Shown here piece by piece: positions 25,778 to 38,857 of a DNA stretch of 64,000 bases. Numbering within the stretch: position 1 is the first letter of the stretch; every line of letters begins with the position of its first letter. The notes beneath the pieces are model-generated. The model did no database searches and was not told the origin of the DNA. It saw nothing but the letters and a program-made list of their open reading frames with translations. The translations under genes were made by a program, and so were the position numbers. The stretch comes from Elsinoe ampelina (taxonomy: Eukaryota), in the NCBI GenBank assembly GCA_010093995.1, contig ML992507.1, positions 342,463-406,462 of the forward strand, in the 5' to 3' direction.

Positions 25778-26112
25778 AGTAAGAAGGTGAAAGTGTTATA
25801 TAAAAGAAAAGGCTACTACTATAAGTGTAATAAAGGAAAGAGAAATCATAAAGAGGCTAGTTAGATACTTATATCTCTTTAATTAAGACTTATAAGCTAG
25901 TCTATTTACATAAACAATAGCTGCCTAGCTATTGTTAATAGTTACTATTATTGCTAGCAATTATAAGCTAAACTAATAGTAAATTCTCACTAATGATTAG
26001 CTAACACTAACAATTATAAGCAATTATAAAGAGATAAAGTGATAAGCTAATCACTTTACTTACATGTGATAGGACAGTTCTCTAGCTCTAGCAATCTATA
26101 CTAGAGGGGGAG

Positions 26113-26254
26113 TGTTGTAATAGAAGGCTGGTATAGCTTCTCTAGTACTGAAGAACTGGTACTGATGAGTCAGCGCACGCACAGTAGATAAATCGGTTAT
26201 TGTAACTCTCTGAATGAAACACACGTCTCTCGATCCGATTTGCTAGTTACAACA
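26113..26254 (+). repeat. 3' LTR (142 bp) of copia element 1
   Basis: TGTTGTAA...TTACAACA termini, preceded by PPT. Six transition differences from 59333-59474. Confidence 0.95.
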
Positions 26255-26389
26255 TCTGCCACTGCGGCAGCGTCCGGCGAACACGCGGGGGAACCACCCT
26301 CGACGCGTCTCACCACACTCTGACCTCGTCCCTCTACTCACACGGTCCACCTGACGTTTAGCATCGCTTTCGCCTCGCGGACGACCATA

Positions 26390-26701
26390 ATGCCTCCAGC
26401 GCCAGACGAAGCCAAACGCCGCGCAGCCAAAGAAACCATCGACATACTGGAAGAGATCTCGACCCTACTCAACACGAACCTGGACCGAAAGAGCCTGTCG
26501 TACTGCGTCTCCCTGATCGAGCATGGAGTCAATCCAGAGGCACTGGCGGTACGTCACGCACATCCCGAATCGGACGGAGACGGAGCGGAGCGGAGAAGGG
26601 TTGGAGCTGACGGGAGACAGAACATGATTTTGACCTTGGGGGCGAAGTACCCCCGCGACGTCGATGGCAAGGGAGAGGACGGGGAAGGGAGAGGTGGTTG
26701 A
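26390..26701 (+). CDS. MZT1: Mitotic-spindle organizing protein 1 (MOZART1); intron 26549-26620
   Basis: AKETIDILEEISTLLNTNLDRKSLSYCVSLIEHGVNPEALA is the MOZART1 signature. Intron GTACGT..GCTGAC..CAG. Confidence 0.93.
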   Translation: MPPAPDEAKRRAAKETIDILEEISTLLNTNLDRKSLSYCVSLIEHGVNPEALAVRHAHPESDGDGAERRRVGADGRQNMILTLGAKYPRDVDGKGEDGEGRGG

Positions 26702-27251
26702 AAGAGTATACCAGCACGATATGAGTTGGGAAGTACAGCATCCATGAGGACGAGGAAGGCTGTGGGACTGCAGAGCGGATACCGCGTTGATCAGCAGAGC
26801 GACGATGCCAGAGCTCTTCGCGCGTGACCCTGAGAGGCACGGGATTCACCCGCCTGTCCTCAGGTAGAGGTCAGAACATGAGGTACGCAACGCTGCGGCT
26901 CGGGATAGAGCGCCGTGAGCCATCAGTCGAGCCACGGCCGAGGACATGTCGAGAGGAAGAGCACTACAACAGCGAAGGAAGTGTCCCGGAACGGAGAATG
27001 AGGAAAGGAGATTCGTGACTTCATGAAAGGGGTGTATCTCGGACCAACTCAGAACGCCTCTTATGCCATCGTCCCTCATCTCAAGCCTTTCACCATCCCT
27101 CGGCGCCTGCGCTGAGTTCCCTTTACCGATGCTTCCCTCAACAATGCTCCCCCTCCTGCCCTCCCCGCTCACTTCTCTCTCAATGATGCCTCGTCAGTCT
27201 TTCACCTCTGTCCACACCCACCTCTACCTCCATCTCCACCCCTAGGTCCCC

Positions 27252-30015
27252 CTATGCCAGCTGCGTCCTCTCCTTGCTCTTCCTCGCCGGCGTCGCCCTC
27301 CTGTTCAAATAATCCGTCACCTCCCCCAACTTCAATATCGAGTTCAACATGGCCGTAGTATGCTCGAACCTCAACAATATACTCGTCCTTACCGCATTCG
27401 CCAGAAAATACTTCTTTTTAAAAGCGGCTGCTTTCTCGTCCCTCGTCGTCGGTTGATGGGATGAATTGCTGTTGGTGGATGTTGCCGAGTGGGCTGGGGG
27501 AGCCGAAGAAGTGGTTGGTATAGCGGATGTAGAGGCTGTTGTGAAGGTGCGGGGGCGTTTGAATTGGCGGACTGGGGAGGTGGAGGGGATTGATTGGGGT
27601 GGAGTGTGGTAGTGAGAAGTTGGTGGGTAGGAGACGGGTTGGGAGGGAACGACGAAGGACGGTACTGATGTGCGAGGTGGTGGTTGGGGCCGGAAAGATT
27701 GAGGTTGTTGTGAGACAGGACGGAGTTGGGGCATTGGTGCGATTAGAGGCGGAGAAGGTGTGTGATTAGCGGAGCCTGCGAGTGATGTTGTGCCGGATGC
27801 AAAGGGCGTGTGGTGGCTAGTATTCAAGTACTGCTGAACTCGTTGCCGCGTCTGATTGATGTATTGCATCTGATCTGGGCCTATCATAGGCTCTTGGGTC
27901 CTGACGGGTATGTTCTCGTGACTGTGATTCTCTGATTGTACAGGGCTGAATAGTGCAGACCAGTCTTGGTTATCCCATTCATTGATATCCACGTCGAACG
28001 CGGACATGGTGTTGTCCGGCTGAGACGGCCAGCCACCCGTCGTCGCTGGCATGTTCGGCGCGCTATCACTGCGCTGGAGAACACCGCCCTGGTACGCGAC
28101 AGTCGAAGTCGGTGTCGACTTTGACAGCTGAGCAGAGTCCCTCCGCATCACGGGGCTTGCTAATGGGAGTCCTTGAGGCTCATAACTCGCAGCAGAAGCA
28201 ATCATGAGGATCCAGTAAAGCACGCCCCCCATCCTCAGCCACGTCTCGCTAATGTTGGTTTTAGTGAGCTGCTCATATATCAACGCTGGCGTCGCGTGGC
28301 ACGCGGGCTGTTTGTTGAGATTCACGCGACATTTGACCCGAGTTGCCTGATGGAATGGCACCTGATGCATAATCGCATGTGTGTATAATAGTGAAGTAAG
28401 CCGGACTGCTTCGTAATAAGGGTCGTTGAATCCCGAGTGACCAGGTTGTTTTGCTGAAAAGTAGTTGTGAACATCCAGCGCCATGCCGCTGATGCTTTCT
28501 CGATATGCTTGTATAGCAGATGTATTTGTCCCCGATGACTGAAGTCCATAGTGAGTCTTCGCTCGTTGCTCTTCTTGGCTCAACTTGATGCAAGTGTCCG
28601 TGATCTTGTGCATTATACTCAACAGTCCCAGCGTGGTGTTACCGCAATACTTGTCCGAGCGTACGCTTCGTAGGCTACCATCGGACTCTCGACAGAAGAG
28701 CGGGCTTTCTGGACCTGGCAATTTGGTGAAAGGGCGTCGTTCCACGTAATCTCGCGCATGATCCAGATATGTTGTATCAAAATCTTCGTTGTAAAGCACG
28801 GACGCTTCCAACTCAGTCTGACAGATTGTTGCCGCGATCACGCCTTCATTGCCCAATCGTTGAAGTCCACCTCTTGCAGAAACCATGTGCTTGAGATAGT
28901 TTCGATGTCCGGGAATCATCCAGGTGTAATCTCCTAGCATGTTGGATGCGAGGAGCTGCAGGACTGCTGCTACGTTTGTATCACTGTTGCCTTCATTAGG
29001 ATCCGCCAGCGATTGATAAATCATTCGTGGAACGACATCCAGGACTTCCATGGTCTGGCGACTTTCTGTCTTTGGGGTCAGGCTGTCCCACGAATTGGTG
29101 TTCGCCATGAGATCTGTATATGGAGCTGAGAGACAGAGCGAGGATAAGAATGCCGCTGGCTTTTGGCAGAGTAATGGTACCCATGCTTCAAGCATTGCTT
29201 TTGAGCCGAAAACCGTTGCACCTAGCTCGGTCAGTGTGTTGTCGTGAAGTAGCAGTGTGTGTGTGCTTACAATTCGACTTTAACAACTCCACATCGATGT
29301 ACTTGTTCTCGAGCGGCTTCATGGTCGCGAATGGATCGACAGGATTGCAGCCGAGATGGAATCCGTAGGCGTTCCCAAACGCGACGTCAAATTGGATCTG
29401 ATCTCTGGACTTGGAACTTTTGGGTACCAGTACATTATTCTCACTCTGGTAGGACAGGCTGTCCATCTCGGCTGACGAGATCAACGAGCCTGATGAGCTG
29501 ACTCCTAAATTTGAAGGCGAAGTAGTAACGAGTTCTGCGTGACTAGAAGTTGTAGTCATAGTGAAGGGCGTAGCATTTTGATGCCGGCTCACACCGGATG
29601 ACACTGATGATGGTCCGTGAGATCCAAAATGCTCAAGGTCGAAGAAGATCTGATCATCGCCCGAGGTATTTGCGCTTGTCGTCTGCACTCTGGGTTCGAC
29701 GGCGGGTGCAGAGCTTACTGGTCTGGCCAATACTGATGAGTGAGATCCTTCAGTTGGTCTTGATGACGCCGCTACCGAATTCGACATTGACGAAGCGGAT
29801 CGCTTGTGCTTGCCAGGTGCTCTCACACGCTTTTTCTTGACGCGTGGGTCTGTGCAGTCTGGGTCCAGCTCCGCTTGATCGAGGTAGCTGTGCATGACAG
29901 TCTGTCGGACCTGCCGCATCGTCTCTTTGTCCTTGAACTGGTTGAGGTCCGTAGCCGTCACGAATTGAAATGCACGACTAGGGCCCGGTGAGGCCGATTT
30001 CTTTTCTTTCGGCAT
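27252..30015 (-). CDS. Fungal-specific transcription-factor-domain protein; intron 29222-29270
   Basis: N-terminal AFQFVT..DKETMRQVRQTVMHSY, VDPFAT, helical domain (HRNYLKHMVSARGGLQRLG) and P/S/Q-rich C-terminus. ORFs 29188-30138 and 27252-29195 are joined by a GTAAGC..CTGAC..TAG intron. Confidence 0.75.
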
Positions 30016-32433
30016 GCTGGATTGATGGTATGGAATCAGCCGCCGACGATATGCCCGTGCTTGATGCAAAGAAGGGTTCCCGTCACTGTCGAATCCAATC
30101 AAGCTGTTTAGTCGGGGACTCCGGTAGTGACCTGACAAAACCCAATGGGTGACAGTATATCCCTCGGTGGGCTGATCATTGACATCGGCAATTGGCTGAG
30201 ATTGACGCGCGACGATGCACGAGTTGGTGATGAGCTGGGTAAAGAGGAAGTATCAGCTAGGTACTGGAAAGAACTTGTCTTGCGTAGTTCAGCTAGTCCC
30301 AGGAGATAGGCGGTTGGTAGGCTGGGTCGCATTAAGCAAGAGAGAAAGGCATAGGGCTGAAGAAAGCTTATAACTCGACTTGACTACCAAACCGCGCTAG
30401 ATGAGAGTGGTAGGAGATCGTGCTTGAAATAGGAGCTGGGGCAGTATTTGATTGGGTAGGATCCGCTGCTAGTCTGTGGTTGAGAAATGGAGCTTTCGCT
30501 CGGACCAGGCGTAATATAGACCGGTGAAAGCTCTACAATGTCAGCATACCTGTCGACACAATGAGGCAGTGATTGTGATCAGGAAGAAGAGGCGTAGGGA
30601 TACACCGTCATGTCCCACCTTTGTGATTGTCTGACCGGTCGCTGGTAGGGCAGTGAGTCGTAAAATGATTGATAATAGGGCGGTGGATCTATCGAGGACA
30701 CGCCGATGTCCTGAGATACGGACAGGGAAAGACGGGACGAACGGGCTTGAAAAGTGGTCTTTCGAGAGCACAGACACTGTTCGTGCACATGTGTGATGCA
30801 GAGCTGTCAAGCCATGATGTGATCTGTGTGGCTACCGAAGACAGCTCTGACTACTGTCAGTTAGGCAATCATCATGGCGCAGACTGCTGGACCCGACATT
30901 TGACTGAATCGTCAGGCACAAAGACAGAAAAAGTGGTTGCACATTGTCGGTAAGGCAAGAAGTGGCTTGCAGGTGTACATGCAATGTCGATTGTCCTAGC
31001 TGCCGGAGCCGGCGTTCCCACAAGGATGCGGTCATCATTGGGGTCTTTCATTGTTGAGATCAAAGCCACGCTGGTGGTACCTATCCCGGGACGCCCAGTC
31101 GTATGCCCCGTGATGGCTGTGTTGTGGCTGAAGCGTGCATCTGTGGCCCTCTGTAGGATTCTGCATCTTCGGCGAGAGAACTCCTTGAGGGCATCGGCGA
31201 ATGGGAAATGTTCACAGACTTCGACACATGGCTTTTCCGCCTAGCCATCGCTCCCTGAAAGATCGTTACAAGGCGGTGACACCACGATGATCCGCAGTAG
31301 ATCCAGATACCAGAGTCACGCATGTCCAGTCTAGATCCGATTCGGAAAAAGGCTCCTCAGCCGAAGTATGGGGTCGAGCGCAATGGAAAAGGGCAATCTG
31401 CAGATTCCGGCTGTGGCAGAAGACCGGCGGTGCATGACTGGCGCCTATTCGCCCTGCGTATATTAGCTGTCCTGTAGCTAGCTCTAGACCGACATTACCT
31501 CACAGAAGGCTTGGGTCGATTAAAGATGCCACTGCTGGCGGAGACAAGCTAGGCTACCAGGAGCCATCTCAAGCACTACACAACGCGCGGCCGGCGACCC
31601 GTCAATGTATTCGCGATGCGTACGCTGTATGTATGTCAGTGCATAGCGCGCCGATACTTTGGATCGTATGCTTTGTTGTGGGCCAGCGGCCACCACCTCA
31701 ATGAACATAACATCCGATGCTTCAATGGCGAAGATGCCCACTCGTGCAGTCGATTGGTCTCTCAATGATCGTCGAAGCGGATACGACCTTGCGATCAATC
31801 TCCAAAGCATTCTGTGCAATGGAACGACACTGGTATCTTAGCGTGGGAGGCCTCGGTATTGCACGTGGCCAAAAATCAGCCCTTCGTTTACGACTGCCAT
31901 GATGCATGGCGTTTTGGTGGCCTGCTGGCGTGATCTCCTAGATTCGTGCCCCGGTCTGGCGGCAGAGAATCAGCCGTCCATGGTCTGACTCGTGGTCACC
32001 ATTGTCTTGATCTGGTTAGGCGGAGATGCAGGTGCTCGAGCAACATTTGTCCGCACATGTACAAATTATCTGCATCAAGGGTTGAGCGGAAGCATCGGCC
32101 GATCTTGGATGATGTGCAGCGATGGACAATGTCGAAGACAGCGGTGTGCTGGGAAGATGAAGAAGAAGGAAAAAGAGATGTAGAGCCGTGAAGTCTTCGG
32201 CTTTGCCGCTTTCCAAACTCAATTGCTTCACAAGTTCTTGCTCTCACTTTCATGAACGCATTTGGTGTAAACATCTCTGTCATTGAATGCTAATTTCGAC
32301 GAGCTCCATGACTGCAGCTTCTCGAATCATCCTTTCGGGAGGGGCCCTGACGCCATTATCGCTTTTTCCTTTCTATGCCATGAGTCGCAAACCAGTCCTT
32401 GTCAATCTGGTTGCATCCGCCGCCACTGCAACC

Positions 32434-35400
32434 TCAAACATGGTCGGCAATCTTTGCAAGCCCCTTCAACGATCCCAAACTGAGTGCAAGACCTTGCGAC
32501 CTGCTTCTGATCCTCACGAAACCAGTGACGGGGCCATCGTCACCTTCCTTCTCCACGCTGACATTTGCCAGCGCATCCTCGCCTGCGATATATTAGCTTA
32601 CTAGGTAGCATCGACTGGAATTTCTAGCACTTACCAAATACGCTCCTGGCGTACAAATTTGCACTGAGGAATTGACAGTCTCCACTCAGACTGGCTTCCG
32701 GTGTGAGACAGTTCATGTTTGTCACCTTCATCAAGCCATTGAGGAAATCTCGCAGGCCTTTCTCCTTGGGTAGCTTCGTGTTGATGTTTACTTTGTTCTC
32801 CCACTCAAATTCAGTCCACATGGTCCGGAATTGTGTTTCGGTGCAGTTCGCTGGCTGGATGTAGTCCATGACGTCCACGTGTACATCATTGAGGATGACG
32901 ACTGATGACTCTGTGCTGCTGGCGCCTTCATAGATGACGTTACCAAATATGACGCCAGTGTCAGTGGACGAGACCTTGACCGTGGCTTGCACGTTCAAGA
33001 AGTCGAGAGGCGGGAGGTTTTGGGTTGTGGGTCTTTCGACGACCTTGAGATCGCCTAGTGTGGCAAATTCGACAGACAAATTTTGCAAGGTTTCCCGCGT
33101 TTGATTGACAAGCAGGACGTCCAGGATGATGTCGAATTGGTTGACCTGTACGTAAGCTTCGGCATACACAGGATCGGAGAAGCCAGTGAGTTGTACAACT
33201 CTGTTGAGCTTAGACGTGAGGTTCTCGGTCGCAGTATCGCCTCCGGTAGCCTTTTCAAGGTCGATCTCGACATTGTCCATCCCATCGAGAGCGTTCTTCT
33301 TGCTGAGCTGTCGGATTGGTACCACATCATCGACCTGGATAGCGTTCTTCGCCTTGAGCACAGCGTCCTTCTCAGCACGCTTGCGTTCTTCGACCTGGAC
33401 CTTGTCCCTGAAAGCTTTCCTGGTGTCGTCAAGGAACGCATTCTCGAGCTCTCGCTTTTGAGCAAATTCTGCTAGTGACCGTACACACGACATGATGCGG
33501 TCAATTGAGTCTTCGTCGATTGGCATCTTGACGAATTGTGACTGACCGGCGCGTACAATCGAGATCATGATAAGCATGGCTTCGGCACGAAGAGCGTTCG
33601 TCCGAGCGTCGTCCTTGGAGATTTCGCTGTGTCGCATGACAAGTTTCGTGAGTGTGGATGAAAGGACTGCTGCAAGGTAGTAGTCGCCGTCTAGGATGAG
33701 TTGACGGAGAGGTGGTTTTTGTGCTGCCTTGACGGCTTCCAATTTTGCTTTGACAGCAGATGCACTTGTCAAGGCACTCTCTGTAGCGTAGGTACCATCT
33801 GCGAGCACCTTGCGAGATCCTGTCGGTTCTTTCGAATGCCCGTTGACCTGGTCCTTGAGATCCGACTCGCCGTCCTGCGCTTCATCCAATAGCCGCTGTT
33901 CCGAAGCAACGATCGGGATTTCGCCCAAGCTTGCTCGTATCCGCTTCCACGCATCGCGAATGTCGTTTTGTTCGAGCGAGTATTCACCAACGATCCATAG
34001 CGCGCCTCGGTAGACCTTACCTGCCCTGACTTCGCTAAGTGTTGACACCAGACGCTCCACGATTGCAGGCCGTAGCTTCGGGAATCTCTCGACAACCTCC
34101 TTCACGAAAGAAATGACATCGATGGCTGAAGCATTGTTGAAGTCGGCGATGAAATCCATCAAGACATCGACCACGCTAGCAGCAATCTCGGAAAAGCGAA
34201 TAGCGCATTGATGGATCGCGTGAATGACAATCGATCGGTATTCGTTGTTCTAGATGGGTCAGTGAAAGCTCCTGGAGTTGATTTTCCAATCTCACCTTTT
34301 CGTACTGCTCGTCGACAGTTTTGGCGAGCTCCTTCTTGAGAAGCATGACAACCTCCTCCACATTCTTCGATGCTACCATGTCAAGCGCAATATCCAATGC
34401 TTTCCGTCGGACATCGAGATCTGTGCTCGACAATACTCGGAGAACTTCCATAATCAGATCGTCCAAGATACCCTCGTTCGTCTTCCTTAACTGATTGACC
34501 TTCTCGAGCACAATCAGCTTGACGTTGTTGTCCGACTCTTTGATGCTCAATTCGATGAACTTGGCTGCGGCCGCCTTCACCGCAACAGGGTTGTTGGTAA
34601 GAGCTGTCAGGGACGATGCGGCCTCGTAGATGACGGTGGACTCTTTCGCCTCCAGTAGGTCAAAGATTAGACGTAGATAGCGGGCTTTGTTCTGGGCGTT
34701 CGTGACAGCATCTTTCCGGATGAATTCCAGCTCGACCAGCTGAAGAAGCTCATCCGCATTCGGGATCCCTTCGAAGACGGAGCTAAGATATTCCAAGGCT
34801 TTGTCGTGGCTGATCCCTTGGAGTGCCGCGAAAGCGTTGCGCTTGCATGTAGCATCGCTCTCTGACTCGAGGAAAGCTTGCAAGAGCTCTGGCGCATCAG
34901 GTAGCAGAGCCTCATTGTGTTGGTATATCGAAGCAATGGCGAAAACCGCATTCTTTCGGACGTAGGAGTGTCTGTGTTCCAAGCAAGCTCTTGCAGGCGC
35001 CAAAAGTGGCTCGATCAGCTCGGCATCTCTGAGCTTGGTGAGGAACCGAAGGGTATTGCCTCGGATGTATTCGTTGGGGTGCTGTAGGTCCATCCGAATG
35101 CCATTGCTTTTCCCAGGTCAGATCTTGAATGTTGTGGTGATGTGTAGATACGTACCAGACAAGGATCATCTCTTGCTTGAGCTTGCCATTGCTGTCATGC
35201 TTCTGACACACCTCGTAGTACATGTATAGTAGCTTCTTCAGGGGCTTGCTCTTGGAGGGCATCACGAATCGAATGATGTGCATGAGAAGTTGTGGCATAG
35301 GATCCCCATTGAGCATGATGACCAAGATCCTCCGCATTGTGTCTTGCTTTGTATCATCATTGCCCTTCTCAAGTTGTGTCCTCAAGTCCTGGAGGGAAGG

Positions 35401-35460
35401 CTGGTCCGCAGTGTTATCCTGATGAACCAAGCTGTATGCTTGGTCCAGAAAGGTAGCCAT
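32434..35460 (-). CDS. SEC26: Coatomer subunit beta (beta-COP), 3 introns
   Basis: [42 protein letters not shown], final exon [23 protein letters not shown]. Introns at ~35108-35156, ~34250-34295 and ~32583-32634. Confidence 0.97.
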
Positions 35461-35870
35461 GATAGGCTATGAGGTGACGTAGTATGCTCTATGGCCGCGC
35501 AGTTCAACAAGAATATCCTTGATCACAATATAGGAAGTCGATGTTGGCGTGGTAGGTAGGGGTGAGATGGTGCCTGATACAGCCGAGGGTTCAATTGAAC
35601 GCTTTGAATAGCCTGTGATTGGCCTATAGTGTGACTGACCAGCTTGTCGATGGCCCGAGAAGAAAGTGAGGCAAGAGAGCTGCAGCGACTGTGTTTCAAT
35701 GCCCCTAGATTGATGGTCCGGAGTTTTGGTTCGAGCTGTCCAGCTGTTCTTCTGCGGGATGGAAGGTGACCCAAAATTGTCGTGAGCGCGAATTCTTGGC
35801 ATCAATTTGTAGTTTCGAGGTGTAGTTCTGCGTCCCTCACTTCACCACCATTGTATCACGAAAAATTATT

Positions 35871-36639
35871 ATGGCGAAGTCGGAGCCGTTCTACTTGAGA
35901 TACTAGTACGTATCGTCAATTGTCGCTAAGTGTTGTTATGAGTCAACAACTGCTGACACCTTCTCTAGCTCTGGCCACCAGGGTCGATTTGGCCATGAAT
36001 TCCTTGGTACCACATATATCCGCATGACTGTGATACGGCATACTGATGCTGTGCTGCAGAATTCGACTTTAGAGCGGTTGGTGATGGGAGGTCTGCAACT
36101 GCTCGATACGCCAACAATTCCAATTACCGCAACGACTCGCTCATTCGCAAAGAGAGTGAGTCGAGACACAGTTCATCTAGAAATCTTGAACTAATCCTGC
36201 AGTGTGCGTGAGCTCGCTCATGATCGATGAGATCAAGCGTATAATCAAGGAGAGTGAGATTCTCAAGTACGTATGGTAACTCGGACACACCGCCATGAGC
36301 TCACGTATCCTAGGGAAGACGACACCAAGTGGCCACACAAGAACAAGGATGGGAAGCAGGAACTGGAAATCCGCTTGGGCAATGACCACATATCATTTGA
36401 GGTGAGGTTTAAGACCAGTTGCGACGAGCCATCACGCTAATTCTCCAAAGACGGCTAAGATTGGATCTCTGGTGGATGTCAATGAATCTGAAGATCCTGA
36501 AGGACTTCGGGTGTTTTACTACCTGGTTCAGGATCTCAAGGCGTTGGTGTTTTCATTGATATCCCTGCACTTCAAGGTACGTATCCGAGCACCCTTGTCG
36601 AAGAAATGCACTAACAAGATCAAGATCAAGCCAATTTGA
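35871..36639 (+). CDS. MAGO: Mago nashi (exon junction complex core), 6 introns
   Basis: Spliced translation [91 protein letters not shown]. Missed by the ORF track because the exons are short. Confidence 0.96.
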
Positions 36640-37236
36640 AGGACATGGAATTGTTCTGCCTCAGCTCCGTGTCCGGCCGCTCTGCGTGTGAGACGCCAGG
36701 GACCGTATGTGCTGGCATTCTGCGCAATATCTGCGGGCCGGCCTCTTGTGCGACCACGACTCACTTCAACACTCAAGACGACATCAGTAAAGCAGCTCCG
36801 AAGACAACAATTGCATGTGTAGTGAGATAGACACCGCACGCTAGCGTGATCGGACAGGTGGAGCATGGCCTTCACATCCCCCGCATTTTGGGAACAAGAC
36901 GAGTCCGAGCTCGGACGTGAGGGTGTCCTGGTCAGAGTGTTGTGGTTCTGGCGTGCTCAAAGATAACTTAGCGTTTGGGACAAGAAGCATGGCCGATCTG
37001 CTCCAGCTGTTTCTTCCGTTCCTCTCTGTACTGTTCTGCCGACGCAGGCCCGTTTTACCGCAGCGCCGACTCATCATCATCATCACCGCATCTCGTTGTC
37101 GTCGTTTGTTCTTTGACCAACTGCCACAACGAAGAACCCATCTCGACCCTTGATCGCTTTTGTGATCTCCTGCTGCCCGATCTCAAATGTCGAGTTTTTG
37201 AATTGCTCCATCGCCTCTACTCCCGCCGACCCCAGA

Positions 37237-38368
37237 ATGCCCAGCTCTCCGGGCGAGGATAATGCCGGCACTGTGATCGTATCACTGCCTGTCGCATTAC
37301 CTGCCCCTCACGCGACATGTCCACCAGAACACATCATCGCCGGCATCCCCCAAGTGCCGTCAGAAGAGTTGGGAGATGTCACATTATCACGGCCACCGAG
37401 GCCCCGGGTGCTCGACGTGATTATGCCCGGCGCGATACCACCAGAACTTGCACACTCGGCGAGAAACATGGCCGATGTTGAGGAGGCTCTGAGAAGAGAC
37501 ACCCCGAGTCCGAGCGTACCGACGGACGAGATCCGCGAGCAAGACTACAGACTAGCCCAGTCCATGTCCGCTGCTGCCCTGTCGCCACATCACGCACAAG
37601 AATGGCCGTGCCCGTCAGAATCACCGGAGAGGGTACGCATGATCTGAATATTAGTAAGGTTTGGTCCGACATACCTGACACCTCCTAGGTGCTTCCAAAC
37701 TCGACATCATCTTATCTGCAACCCGGCAGCAAGTTTGTCGGCACACAACAATCGGATCGCCAAGTATACAACGTTCAAGTTGAGATCAAGTATGTGGACA
37801 TGGAAGAGTCGTTTCTTTGTGGATACTTGCGGATACAGGGTAAGGATTTCCCTCAAGTCTGAAAGTAAAGCAGCTCATAGCCAACCAGGTCTGACGGACG
37901 ATCATCCAACCCTCACAACATACTTTGAAGGCGAGATCATTGGAAATAAGCATACTTTCAAAACAGCACATCCCGAATGGGGATCTTCTGAAAAGGTTGA
38001 TATGCAACATTGGAATCGCTTCCCGGCCTGGAGACCACTGGCAAAACAAGCAAAATCACCAACCTTCACTTTCAAGAATTATGCTCAGCGGGAACATCTG
38101 TTCATGCGGTGGAAGGAATACTTCCTGGTCCCCGACCATAAAGTCAAGACCATAACTGGCGCAAGCTTTGAAGGGTTCTACTACATCTGCTTCAACCAAT
38201 GCTCGGGAAGCGTCAGTGGCATATACTTCCACGCAAAGAGTGAAAAGTAAGTCGCCGCCGCTCCAACTTTGTTGTTCCCAGTCTCATGCTGACAGGGACA
38301 GATTCCAACAACTCGAGCTGGAACATATAAACGATCGGGGTTGCTCAGCAGCCATGGAATTCCGTTGA
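37237..38368 (+). CDS. GID4: GID complex substrate receptor Gid4/Vid24, 3 introns
   Basis: YLQPGSKFVGTQQSD, LCGYLRIQ|GLTDDHPTLTTYFEGEII, FMRWKEYFLVPDHKVKTITGASFEGFYYICF, GIYFHAKSEK|FQQLEL..MEFR. Confidence 0.93.
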
Positions 38369-38857
38369 TTTAGCGTGGCGTTGGGAGGGTATATGTCTTT
38401 GACAGGTCATGAATGGATCAGACGACAGGTAGTGTACTAGTTGTCTGTATGTTGTAGCATGCTCTTCATCATGCACACATTTTGGGAGACGTGCCATTGT
38501 ATAGAGGAGACACGACAAACTCAATTGAATAAGTTCGCCATGTTGCCTACATCCCAACTGACGCTGCAATCTTGACATATAGCTGTGTCAGTCGCATCAG
38601 TCTCACATTAGGATCATGTTCCTTGCAGCACTGCTGATGTTGAAGCGCTGATATGCCAAGCATCTTTCGATGTGGTGACGATGCTGCATTCCGACCATCA
38701 CTATGCTTTCTTTCTCCGTCTACTACCCGGAACAGATTGAAACTGTGTCGGAAGCTGACTGATCTGGATTCTCGACAATTGACAGCGGCATGTCTACAGA
38801 TTAGCATGAACGATATCCGCATAGCGCCAATGCCTCAGACACACCGATTGATCGGCC

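Larger units (their letters stand above)
24473..26254 (+). mobile_element. Resumed 3' region of the copia element, with polypurine tract and 3' LTR
   Basis: CpG-poor RIP'd sequence ending in PPT agagggggag (26103-26112) directly followed by the LTR. Confidence 0.85.

Noticed and set aside
30140..32430. Many 60-100 aa ORFs between the transcription-factor gene and beta-COP
   Set aside because: No recognisable motifs or consistent splicing pattern; probably a long promoter or UTR region.
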